Source of the DNA: an archaeon
Lineage (GTDB): Archaea > AGJL01 > Methanococci > Methanococcales > Methanocaldococcaceae
Reading direction: 5' to 3'
NCBI GenBank assembly: GCA_024278985.1
Contig: JAJRSC010000003.1
Span: forward strand, 1-51,144
Length of the DNA: 51,144 nt
Shown: in pieces, positions 1 to 10,804 of the stretch
How positions within the stretch are numbered: position 1 is the stretch's first letter
How the letters are laid out: the number at the start of each line of letters is the position of its first letter
Made by a program: the position numbers and the translations under genes
The notes under the pieces: model-generated
Told to the model about the DNA's origin: nothing
The model's input: the letters and a program-made list of their open reading frames with translations, nothing else
The model's database searches: none

Positions 1-112
1 AAACTTCAAAGGTTTATAAATAAAAGCTATTACCTACCCCTTGACAAATTACATAATAGAAAAAGTTATATATTAGAAGAGATATTATACTAAATACGTA
101 AAATTGCCTCTT
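1..112 (+). promoter_or_regulatory. CRISPR leader (proximal part, cut by window start) with BRE/TATA-like element
   Basis: AT-rich non-coding DNA directly before the first repeat, with GAAAAAGTTATATATTA at ~59-75. The degenerate repeat is at the opposite end of the array, which supports this being the leader side. Confidence 0.85.
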
Positions 113-3100
113 GTTAAAATCAGACCGTTACGGTATGGAAATTTGAAACTAATATGTAAAAATCTAAATCATCTGGACATGTTAAAATCAGACCGTTACG
201 GTATGGAAATTGGATTTTTTTATAAAATATTTTAAAATCTTTAAATCATACACTAGTTAAAATCAGACCGTTACGGTATGGAAATAATTTTTAATGAAAA
301 GACTCCTGAATTAGATAATTTGTTAAAATCAGACCGTTACGGTATGGAAATAAAAAAAACTGATGGTAATGTAGCAATAAAAAATAGGGTTAAAATCAGA
401 CCGTTACGGTATGGAAATCACACACGCATTTAACCCACTGTTTTTTGTACTTTCAGTTAAAATCAGACCGTTACGGTATGGAAATTTTAATCTCTAAATT
501 TGTTAATGATGAAAAATTACAAGGTTAAAATCAGACCGTTACGGTATGGAAATTATATTTAGACAGTGTAGTTTTACCAGCAAAATGAGGAGTTAAAATC
601 AGACCGTTACGGTATGGAAATTCATTATCGATCTCTTTAAATGTTCTCATTAACTCAGTTAAAATCAGACCGTTACGGTATGGAAATGTAGATTTTAACA
701 TAAAATTGCAAATATCAGATAAGTTAAAATCAGACCGTTACGGTATGGAAATCTGATTATAGTGATAAAAGTTCATCATCAAGCAGTGTGTTAAAATCAG
801 ACCGTTACGGTATGGAAATACATAGCTCTTTTTTTTATGCATAAAATTGTTTAAATAGTTAAAATCAGACCGTTACGGTATGGAAATATTTGTTATTTTA
901 TTATTTTTAATTTTATTTTCTAAGTTAAAATCAGACCGTTACGGTATGGAAATATTTTTGAAATAATCTCATCAGTATATTTTCTTTTGTTAAAATCAGA
1001 CCGTTACGGTATGGAAATGGGGATTTAGAATGTGTTTTAACTGTTGGAGCATATGGTTAAAATCAGACCGTTACGGTATGGAAATTCCTTATGCAATGGT
1101 TGGAAAAGAAAATGGATTTAGGCAGTTAAAATCAGACCGTTACGGTATGGAAATATGGTATGATACAAATGCAAAATTGCTAAAATTCTATGGTTAAAAT
1201 CAGACCGTTACGGTATGGAAATTTTATTTTCAAATAATTATAAATAAACGGCAGACAAGTTAAAATCAGACCGTTACGGTATGGAAATACAAAATAACAG
1301 GAGTATATGTAACTGATGACAATATAGAACTAGTTAAAATCAGACCGTTACGGTATGGAAATTTTTTTCATTTTTTTCTTTTTTAATTTGACGTTTAAGT
1401 TAAAATCAGACCGTTACGGTATGGAAATAAATCTGATAAAAAAACTGAGGAGGATAAAGATAAATCGTTAAAATCAGACCGTTACGGTATGGAAATGCTA
1501 CTGCAGCAGTTGAAAAGTAATTCTTACCAATTAGTTAAAATCAGACCGTTACGGTATGGAAATAGATCAAATGTTAAAATCTCATCACTTTTATTTTGTG
1601 TTAAAATCAGACCGTTACGGTATGGAAATAATAACATAAATGAGTTTTTATTATATGCTCTAGCAGTGTTAAAATCAGACCGTTACGGTATGGAAATTAA
1701 TAACATTTCCATATATATCACTTGCACTTTTTACAATTTTGTTAAAATCAGACCGTTACGGTATGGAAATAATCTATATTTAGCATTTTTACTTGATTCA
1801 GTTGAATATAAACCGTTAAAATCAGACCGTTACGGTATGGAAATAACTTCACTGGACATAACCCAGCTGATTTCTTACATAGTTAAAATCAGACCGTTAC
1901 GGTATGGAAATATAATTTTCAGTATCAAGCTCTTTTATTTTATTATATGTTAAAATCAGACCGTTACGGTATGGAAATGGGGGTGTGTCTGACGACACAA
2001 GGGTGCTTAGAATAGTTAAAATCAGACCGTTACGGTATGGAAATAGAGACATATTTACTAAATTTATATTACCAATATTAGTTAAAATCAGACCGTTACG
2101 GTATGGAAATGCTGGTTTTTCTGGGGTTATTGAAAGTAACATTGGGTTAAAATCAGACCGTTACGGTATGGAAATGTTATTTTATCTTTGACAATATATC
2201 CTCCAGTATTTGTTAAAATCAGACCGTTACGGTATGGAAATTAATGAGAATGAGATTTAAGTATTAAGGATTAAGAATGTTAAAATCAGACCGTTACGGT
2301 ATGGAAATCTGAAAAACTTTTTCAAAATTCAAGTGAGTTGTGATGAGTTAAAATCAGACCGTTACGGTATGTAAATTTTTTAGATGTTATGAGGCCAGGA
2401 TTAGTACTATTATGTTAAAATCAGACCGTTACGGTATGGAAATGCTTTTCTTAATTTTTCAATTTCTTCAAGAATCTTGAATGTTAAAATCAGACCGTTA
2501 CGGTATGGAAATATACTTTCTTGTGGATTCAAGGAACCTGGAAGCTATATACGTTAAAATCAGACCGTTACGGTATGGAAATCAATAAATTCAATACTAT
2601 CAAATCTTCAGTTCGATGCAAATAGTTAAAATCAGACCGTTACGGTATGGAAATTCAGAATTAACAATATTGTTTGATGAAGATAAAATAAGTTAAAATC
2701 AGACCGTTACGGTATGGAAATATGTCTTCTTTTATTTTTTTCTTAAAATCTTCATCTTGTTAAAATCAGACCGTTACGGTATGGAAATTTTTTTTCTATT
2801 GTTGAAGTTATTATTTTGTACAGCAGTTAAAATCAGACCGTTACGGTATGGAAATAGGTCCCCACACATAGCCTTATTTACAAAATATTTTAAAAGTTAA
2901 AATCAGACCGTTACGGTATGGAAATTTTTCTATTATTTTATTAATTGTTTTCTCTATGTTTTTGTTAAAATCAGACCGTTACGGTATGGAAATAAGATGT
3001 CCGTCTTTTATAATAATGTTTTTGATTAAAAGTTAAAATCAGACCGTTACGGTATGGAAATAAACTTAACATTTAATATAATTATCAAAAGTTATATGTT

Positions 3101-3344
3101 AAAATCAGACCGTTACGGTATGGAAATAAAAAGACCAAATTTTGCCAATTTTGCCCAAATAAGACCAAATAGTTAAAATCAGACCGTTACGGTATGGAAA
3201 TAACATATGAATTTCTACCAGATTTTGATTTTCCATTAGTTAAAATCAGACCGTTACGGTATGGAAATTTTTATTGTTCTTTATGTTTTCTTTTTTGTTC
3301 AATTGAATAAAAAAGTTAAAATCAGACCGTTGCGGTATGGAAAC
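113..3344 (+). CRISPR. CRISPR array: 48 x 30-bp repeat GTTAAAATCAGACCGTTACGGTATGGAAAT, 47 spacers of 35-46 bp
   Basis: Counted manually; 48x30 + 1792 bp of spacers = 3232 bp. The repeat has a small ACCG-TTA-CGGT hairpin and a 3' ATGGAAAT handle. Repeat 34 has G>T at 2372. The terminal repeat 3315-3344 is degenerate (GTTGCGG...GAAAC). Confidence 0.99.
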
Positions 3345-3466
3345 TTTTTTCTAACAACGTTAGGATTTAAAGACCTTTCTTTTTTGATAGATTTACATTT
3401 TTTATTAAAAGTTAAGAAAAATATATTTAAGTTAGAAACACTTATTAGTAGTACATTGGTGATATT

Positions 3467-4528
3467 GTGGATGCAGTTTTAGTTTTAGAAGATGGGACTA
3501 TTTTAAGAGGAAAGGGTTTTGGTGTTGAGAAAGAAGTATATGGGGAACTTGTTTTTACCACAGTAATGACTGGATATGTGGAAGTTTTAACAGACCCATC
3601 TTATAAGGGACAAATTGTTACTATGACCTACCCTTTAATTGGAAATTATGGAGTATCTAAAGATTGGTATGAATCAGATGGGATAAAAGTAGAGGGGTAT
3701 GTTATAAGAGAATTAACTAAAAAAGAGTTAGATAACTTTTTAAAAGAGTATGATGTTCCTGGAATCCATGATATAGATACAAGATTTATAACAAAAAAAA
3801 TAAGAACTGGAGGAGTTGTAAAGTCCTGTTTAAAAGTATCTGAGAATATAACTGATGAAGATATTGAAGAAATTAAAGAAAAAGTTAAAAAAAGTAAGTC
3901 AATAAGTGAAATGGACTTAGTTCCATTGGTCTCTACAAAAGAGGTAAAAGTTCATAAAGTAGAAAATAAAAAATATAGATGTGTATTAGTTGACTGTGGT
4001 GTTAAAAGAGGAATTATTGATAATCTTTTAGAAAGAAATTGTGAAGTTGTTCAAGTTCCATATAATACTGAATATGATAAAATCTTAGATTATAATCCTG
4101 ATTTTGTCTTAATATCTAATGGTCCTGGAGACCCTTCAAGATTGAAAGAGGTAATAAAAAATATTAAAAAATTAATTGGAGAAGTTCCATTAACTGGGAT
4201 ATGTTTAGGTAATCAACTTTTAGCTTTAGCCTTTGGTGGAAAAACCTATAAAATGAAATTTGGACATAGGGGAGGAAATCAACCTGTAAAATACTTAAAA
4301 AATGACAAAGTATATATAACATCCCAAAATCATGGTTTTGCAGTTGATTTAAAATCCCTACCTGATGAAATAAACCCAATGTTTATAAATCTTAATGATA
4401 ATACTGTCGAAGGAATAATTCATGAATCTTTACCAATATTTTCTGTCCAATTTCACCCAGAGGCAAGACCTGGGCCACATGATACAAGATTTTTATTTAA
4501 TGAAATGATAAAACTCTCTAAAAAATAA
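3467..4528 (+). CDS. carA: Carbamoyl-phosphate synthase small subunit
   Basis: LVLEDGT, GY.E.LTDPSY.GQ, SNGPGDP, GICLG nucleophile, SQNHGF and QFHPEA motifs; GTG start after GGTGA RBS. Confidence 0.97.
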   Translation: MDAVLVLEDGTILRGKGFGVEKEVYGELVFTTVMTGYVEVLTDPSYKGQIVTMTYPLIGNYGVSKDWYESDGIKVEGYVIRELTKKELDNFLKEYDVPGIHDIDTRFITKKIRTGGVVKSCLKVSENITDEDIEEIKEKVKKSKSISEMDLVPLVSTKEVKVHKVENKKYRCVLVDCGVKRGIIDNLLERNCEVVQVPYNTEYDKILDYNPDFVLISNGPGDPSRLKEVIKNIKKLIGEVPLTGICLGNQLLALAFGGKTYKMKFGHRGGNQPVKYLKNDKVYITSQNHGFAVDLKSLPDEINPMFINLNDNTVEGIIHESLPIFSVQFHPEARPGPHDTRFLFNEMIKLSKK

Positions 4529-4548
4529 AAAAATTTTTTGTGAATTTT

Positions 4549-6014
<1,466 letters not shown>

Positions 6015-6056
6015 AAACCATAGTTATTATTAAATAATTAATATTGGTGAGTAAAT

Positions 6057-6377
6057 ATGAGTGAAGAAAATAAAAAAGAAATTAAAATAGAAATTCCTAC
6101 AGAATTAATAGAAAAGTTAAATAAATTATCTGACTTTTTAAATAAGATTAAAAATAAAGAAGTAGTAAGTAAGGATAAAGTTGAAGAAATGTTAAAAATA
6201 TTAGATGAAATTAAAACCAGATTACCAAAATTAGAAATTGACTTAGAAAAGATTTTAGGAGCAATAGAAGGAACTGGTAGTGAAGTAAAATTAACCTTTA
6301 ATGAGGTAAAATTAGATGGAGAGATTAGTTTAAAGATTATTCCATTAGTTAGAGAAAAAAAAGAGGAAAATAAATAA
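6057..6377 (+). CDS. Hypothetical protein, 106 aa
   Basis: GGTGAG RBS before ATG, host-like codon usage, stop overlaps next start (TAATG). Confidence 0.8.
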   Translation: MSEENKKEIKIEIPTELIEKLNKLSDFLNKIKNKEVVSKDKVEEMLKILDEIKTRLPKLEIDLEKILGAIEGTGSEVKLTFNEVKLDGEISLKIIPLVREKKEENK

Positions 6378-6775
6378 TGGAATATCTTAGATATCTTTTT
6401 TTTATACAAAATTTTATTTCTTCTGGAAATTTTTGTTTAGAGATTAATGATTTAATAAAACTATATATTGACAATAAAAAAATAATTTTAGAAATTATTA
6501 ACATTGAAAAGTTGAATAAAATATATAGATTATATCAATCTCTTAAAGAAGATAATAAAGATAATAAAAAATCCATAATTGACATATTTAAGAATACAAA
6601 GGAATTATTTAAATTATTAAATAATATAGGAAAAATTTTTTATGAAAATAATAAAATTTTAATTATAAGATATAATAATAAGAATATTGTAATATTTGGA
6701 ATAAAAAGTTTTTGGGGATATGTTAAAGTAAATATATATGAAGTTATAAAAATTGGATTAAAAATTTTTAAATAA
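6377..6775 (+). CDS. Hypothetical protein, 132 aa
   Basis: Fills the gap between co-oriented genes and is translationally coupled to the upstream ORF; very AT-rich, no recognisable motif. Confidence 0.65.
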   Translation: MEYLRYLFFIQNFISSGNFCLEINDLIKLYIDNKKIILEIINIEKLNKIYRLYQSLKEDNKDNKKSIIDIFKNTKELFKLLNNIGKIFYENNKILIIRYNNKNIVIFGIKSFWGYVKVNIYEVIKIGLKIFK

Positions 6776-6784
6776 TGGGTTATT

Positions 6785-7048
6785 ATGTTTGAGGTTATAA
6801 AAGACATTCTTATTTTTACTGCATCATTGGGAATATTAATAGCTTCTTATAGGCTATGGGTTGAGAAAGATAGGAAAAATATAATATTTGCAAGAATACA
6901 TATAGTTGGAGTTATAGATTGTGCATGTTTCATAATATTTTTATCTCTTGGAGAGGTTTTATTGGCATTTGTTTATTTAATATTAGCTCCATTTATGGCT
7001 CACGCAATTGCCTATGCTTCATATTATGATAAAAATAACACAAAATAA
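6785..7048 (+). CDS. Small membrane protein of the MnhG/MrpG family (possibly an energy-converting hydrogenase Ehb membrane subunit)
   Basis: Three hydrophobic segments, ARIH..G..D and P..AHAIA motifs resembling MrpG/MbhC. Confidence 0.65.
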   Translation: MFEVIKDILIFTASLGILIASYRLWVEKDRKNIIFARIHIVGVIDCACFIIFLSLGEVLLAFVYLILAPFMAHAIAYASYYDKNNTK

Positions 7049-7051
7049 AAA

Positions 7052-10000
7052 TTATTTTTTAAATATTAACCTAATTGATATTATTGTTATAACTATTGTT
7101 AAAATATGAATATACAACGGAACTGGAACTGATTTTTCTGATTTATATATTTTTACGAATCTAATAGTAGAATCGGCATAGTTATCGTTATCATAAACTG
7201 TTAGAGTTACTTTATAAATTCCGGGTTTATTATATATATGGGTGATAATTGGGGATGTTGTTTCTACTATAGAACCATCTCCAAAATCCCATACATATTT
7301 TACTATTTTTCCATCAATATCATAAGATTTTGAAGCATTAAATATTACTTTTGTCCCATTAATTGAAAATGTAAAATCAGCAACTGGAGGGTATTTTACT
7401 ACATTTCCTATAAATATCTCTTTTGTATATGAATCTGATAATCCTACATTATTCCAAACTGTTAGAGTTACTTTATAAATTCCAGGTTTATTATATACAT
7501 GAGTTGGAGATTTTTCAAATGAAAAAGTTCCATCTCCAAAATCCCATACATATCTTACTATCTCTCCAGGTATAGATATAGATTTATCAATGAATTTTAT
7601 TTCTTCTCCAGGATTGGCCTTTGTAGGAGAGTCAAATACTGCTCTTATATAATATACACTAATATTCTTACTTATTGTATCAGAAAGGTTATACTTGTCA
7701 TAAACTGTTAGAGTTACTTTATAAATTCCGGGTTTATTATATATATGGGTGATAATTGGGGATGTTGTTATTTCTGTATTATTATCTCCAAAATTCCATA
7801 CATATCTTACTATCTCTCCCTCTTTATCATATGATTTCAAAGCATTAAATGTTACGGTTTCATTAACTTTTGGAATATTTGGAGAATATGTAAAATCAGC
7901 AACTGGAGGATAATTAATAACTTTAAATTTAACGATAACCGAATCCTTAGCACCAAATCCATCCCAAACTGTTAAATTTGCTATATAATCTCCTGGTGGA
8001 AATTTATGAGTAACAATTACTAACTTGTTTGATGTGTAATTCCAAACTATTGCTCCAGAGGAATTATATACTGTTAGATTAAAACCGTATATTCTTGCGT
8101 AAGGTTCATCTGGGGATATAATATATCCTCCACTATTTTCTAAAACTCTATTTGCATCAGGGTCATAACTGTTCATTGGGTTGAAGAAAATATTTTCAAT
8201 ATAACTTGCTGGATTTGGATACACATATAATTTAGCAACAGGTTTTCTATTATCAATAACTTTAATCATTCTTGGAATGAAATATATTCTATAATTATTA
8301 TACAGCCAATTATCATGATCAGTAAAATCATATCCTTTTATATAGTATATACCTTCCCAAGGAATTTTACATGTGATTGATAATATCTCTTTATTCCCAA
8401 CATAATAAGTTACAAAATTACTTCCAGTATAGTCAGGTTCAGGATTTAAGTAATTTTCAATTTCTGAAGTTATGTAATTATTCAAAGTATAATCTAAAAA
8501 ATATAAATCAAGGTACTCAGCTCCTTTATTTATGTAGGTTATATTAAATGGTTGATTTACTTCAACAATTGTTGGGTTTATGTATAACATTGAGCTTTCT
8601 ATTCTATTATTTTTCACAACTGGTCCAAAACCTACAGATACTACACCATTCTCATCAATTATTAAAACATGAGCCTTATAATCAATACCATTATTAGGAT
8701 ATTCATGAATAGGAGAATTCTCTAAAGAATGTGTACCATCTCCAAAACTCCAATATACAAATACAGGCTTTCCATATGGATAAATAAAAGAGTATTCTAT
8801 ACCATAAGGTGTTTCTTTAGTAAGTACTTGAACATCATAATGAACCTTTTGTTTTAGTTTTAAAGTTACAGTATTATTAATATTTTCTGAGTAGAAAGAT
8901 ATATTAACTATATGGTTTTTAGCATCATAATATACTGTTGGCTTTTCTTTATTCTCACTATTAGGAATAAAGTTGTAAATTGTATCTCCCACATCTCCAA
9001 CAACCAAATAATCTAATGTTGCCGATGATGCTATACTATAATCTCCAAACCTATTAACGTCCATCCAACATATCGGATATATAAATGGATATTTATAAAC
9101 ATGACTATATTCATATCTGTAATAATATTTTAAGTAATTAGTTTCAGTTCCATCACCAAAAAAGTATTTAACATAATCATAATAATAAGCATCAGGATTG
9201 AAATATATTTTATCTCCCACTTTATAAGCCATAGCATACTCATCTAAAACATTTACAGCTCCAGTAGAATTTTTTACATAGTTCATATCTCTAATAGGTT
9301 CAAAATAACCTCCTCTGGGTTTATTTACTATGATTCCCTTATCATAATAACCAACTAAAATTCTTCCAGAGTCATCAACTAATAATACTCTTGGATAATA
9401 AATTCCAGGTTTATTATATACATGAGTTGGAGATTTTTCAAATGAAAAAGTTCCATCTCCAAAATCCCATAATTGGAAAATAATATTTTTTGGTACAGTA
9501 TAACTAAATTCAACAGCATCTCCTTCTACTATATTATCTCTACTAACATTTACATCTACAGGAGTATTATCAACATAGACCCCCAAGAATGTGTAATTAA
9601 CATTTTTATCAAAATAATATTTTATAATAACAGTATTATTTGTTGAATTATATTCTATTTCCCAATTATCTTTTGAATATGAAGGGTTTCCTATAAAATT
9701 ATATTTAGTTGTATAGGGATTACCTACAACAATCCAGTTATATGTTGCTACTTTTGGATATCCAGTATTGTTTAAATAACCACACCATGAAACAGGATAT
9801 ATAAATGGAAAATTATATTTATGATATGATATAGTATAGTTTCCATAATCAGTTTCTGTTAAATCACCAAAATCCCATTTTATTGTACCATTTTCTAAAA
9901 TTATTTTTGCTAATGTATCTCCTTCTGGAGCCAAAGCCTTAAAAGTTAATGTATCATTAACATTATAATAACTACCTCCAGTACTATTTGTTATATTCAT

Positions 10001-10105
10001 TGTATTGTTATGAATTATTATTAACTCTCCAAAGGTTGAAGATAAAGAATATATAAATATAACTAATAAAATTATTTTTAAGTACTTTAACATATTAATT
10101 ACCAT
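7052..10105 (-). CDS. PKD-repeat cell-surface glycoprotein with signal peptide and PIP/PVP-CTERM-like C-terminal anchor
   Basis: Seven W/F-x-FGD motifs, H.Y..PG.Y.V.LTV repeats, many NxS/T sequons, C-terminus PVP + hydrophobic helix + R..KK; alternative start at 10093. Confidence 0.9.
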   Translation of the reverse strand: MVINMLKYLKIILLVIFIYSLSSTFGELIIIHNNTMNITNSTGGSYYNVNDTLTFKALAPEGDTLAKIILENGTIKWDFGDLTETDYGNYTISYHKYNFPFIYPVSWCGYLNNTGYPKVATYNWIVVGNPYTTKYNFIGNPSYSKDNWEIEYNSTNNTVIIKYYFDKNVNYTFLGVYVDNTPVDVNVSRDNIVEGDAVEFSYTVPKNIIFQLWDFGDGTFSFEKSPTHVYNKPGIYYPRVLLVDDSGRILVGYYDKGIIVNKPRGGYFEPIRDMNYVKNSTGAVNVLDEYAMAYKVGDKIYFNPDAYYYDYVKYFFGDGTETNYLKYYYRYEYSHVYKYPFIYPICWMDVNRFGDYSIASSATLDYLVVGDVGDTIYNFIPNSENKEKPTVYYDAKNHIVNISFYSENINNTVTLKLKQKVHYDVQVLTKETPYGIEYSFIYPYGKPVFVYWSFGDGTHSLENSPIHEYPNNGIDYKAHVLIIDENGVVSVGFGPVVKNNRIESSMLYINPTIVEVNQPFNITYINKGAEYLDLYFLDYTLNNYITSEIENYLNPEPDYTGSNFVTYYVGNKEILSITCKIPWEGIYYIKGYDFTDHDNWLYNNYRIYFIPRMIKVIDNRKPVAKLYVYPNPASYIENIFFNPMNSYDPDANRVLENSGGYIISPDEPYARIYGFNLTVYNSSGAIVWNYTSNKLVIVTHKFPPGDYIANLTVWDGFGAKDSVIVKFKVINYPPVADFTYSPNIPKVNETVTFNALKSYDKEGEIVRYVWNFGDNNTEITTSPIITHIYNKPGIYKVTLTVYDKYNLSDTISKNISVYYIRAVFDSPTKANPGEEIKFIDKSISIPGEIVRYVWDFGDGTFSFEKSPTHVYNKPGIYKVTLTVWNNVGLSDSYTKEIFIGNVVKYPPVADFTFSINGTKVIFNASKSYDIDGKIVKYVWDFGDGSIVETTSPIITHIYNKPGIYKVTLTVYDNDNYADSTIRFVKIYKSEKSVPVPLYIHILTIVITIISIRLIFKK
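7191..7769. repeat. Exact 72-bp direct repeat (7191-7262 and 7698-7769) inside the PKD gene
   Basis: TCATAAACTGTTAGAG...GGGGATGTTGTT identical in both copies by direct comparison. Confidence 0.93.
7475..9471. repeat. Exact 74-bp direct repeat (7475-7548 and 9398-9471) inside the PKD gene
   Basis: ATAAATTCCAGGTTTATT...CCAAAATCCCATA identical in both copies by direct comparison. Confidence 0.93.
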
Positions 10106-10728
10106 TATTCTTTTTTAACATAGTTCTTTAAATAACCAATATTTTCAATATAGCACTCTACTACATCACCATCTTTTAATGGGCCAACTCCTGGAGGGGT
10201 TCCTGTGGCAATTATATCATTTGGATAAAGGGTCATAATTGATGATATAAATTCTATTAATTCATAAACATCAAAAATCATATTTTTAGTATTGGAACTT
10301 TGTTTTATTTTCCCATTAACTATACACTCAATTTTTAAATTATTTGGATTATTAAGAGGTTTTACTATTGGACCAATTGGGCAGAAGGTATCAAAAGATT
10401 TTGCTCTTGTCCATTGTCCATCCTTTTGTTGTAAATCTCTTGCAGTTACATCATTTAATATAGTATATCCTAAAATAATATCTTTTGCTTCATTTTTAGA
10501 TATGTTTTTACACTTCTCTTTAATCACAACTGCCAACTCAACCTCATAATCTACCCTCTTAGAAACTTTAGGTAAGATTATACTATCTTCTGGATAAATT
10601 ATTGAAGATGTAGGTTTTAAAAAAATTATAGGCTCTTCAGGAATTTTCATATTTAGCTCTTTGGCATGATCTATATAATTTAATCCAACACATACAATTT
10701 TTGTGGGTTTGATATTCCTAATATCCAT
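10105..10728 (-). CDS. Fumarylacetoacetate hydrolase family protein
   Basis: KIVCVGLNY..H, DYEVELAVVI, NDVTARD, AKSFDTFCP.GP and D.I.TGTP.GVG motifs. Confidence 0.93.
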   Translation of the reverse strand: MDIRNIKPTKIVCVGLNYIDHAKELNMKIPEEPIIFLKPTSSIIYPEDSIILPKVSKRVDYEVELAVVIKEKCKNISKNEAKDIILGYTILNDVTARDLQQKDGQWTRAKSFDTFCPIGPIVKPLNNPNNLKIECIVNGKIKQSSNTKNMIFDVYELIEFISSIMTLYPNDIIATGTPPGVGPLKDGDVVECYIENIGYLKNYVKKE

Positions 10729-10804
10729 ATTATCCCCTCAAAATAATTTTAAATAATATTTTATTATTTATTTTATTAAAGTTATTCAGTTTGGAGGGAT
10801 AACT

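Noticed and set aside
1573-1581. GTTAAAATC (repeat 5' end) inside spacer 22
   Set aside because: 9-bp AT-rich match in a spacer of normal length; consistent with chance
1489-2191. ORFs 1489-1953, 1897-2142 and 1985-2191 with repeated VKIRPLRYGN/LKSDRYGME peptides
   Set aside because: Translations of CRISPR repeats and spacers, not genes
622-2250. 9-bp reverse-complement overlap between spacer 8 (TTCTCATTA) and spacer 32 (TAATGAGAA)
   Set aside because: Too short and does not extend; no evidence of overlapping protospacers
143-3314. Self-targeting spacers within the window
   Set aside because: None noticed by eye; this was not an exhaustive search and needs BLASTN
3261-3482. 73-aa ORF spanning the array end
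   Set aside because: Starts inside a repeat, has no RBS and overlaps carA
7191-9471. Diversity-generating retroelement template/variable repeat pair in the PKD gene
   Set aside because: Copies are identical with no adenine-specific mismatches, both are coding, and no reverse transcriptase is present
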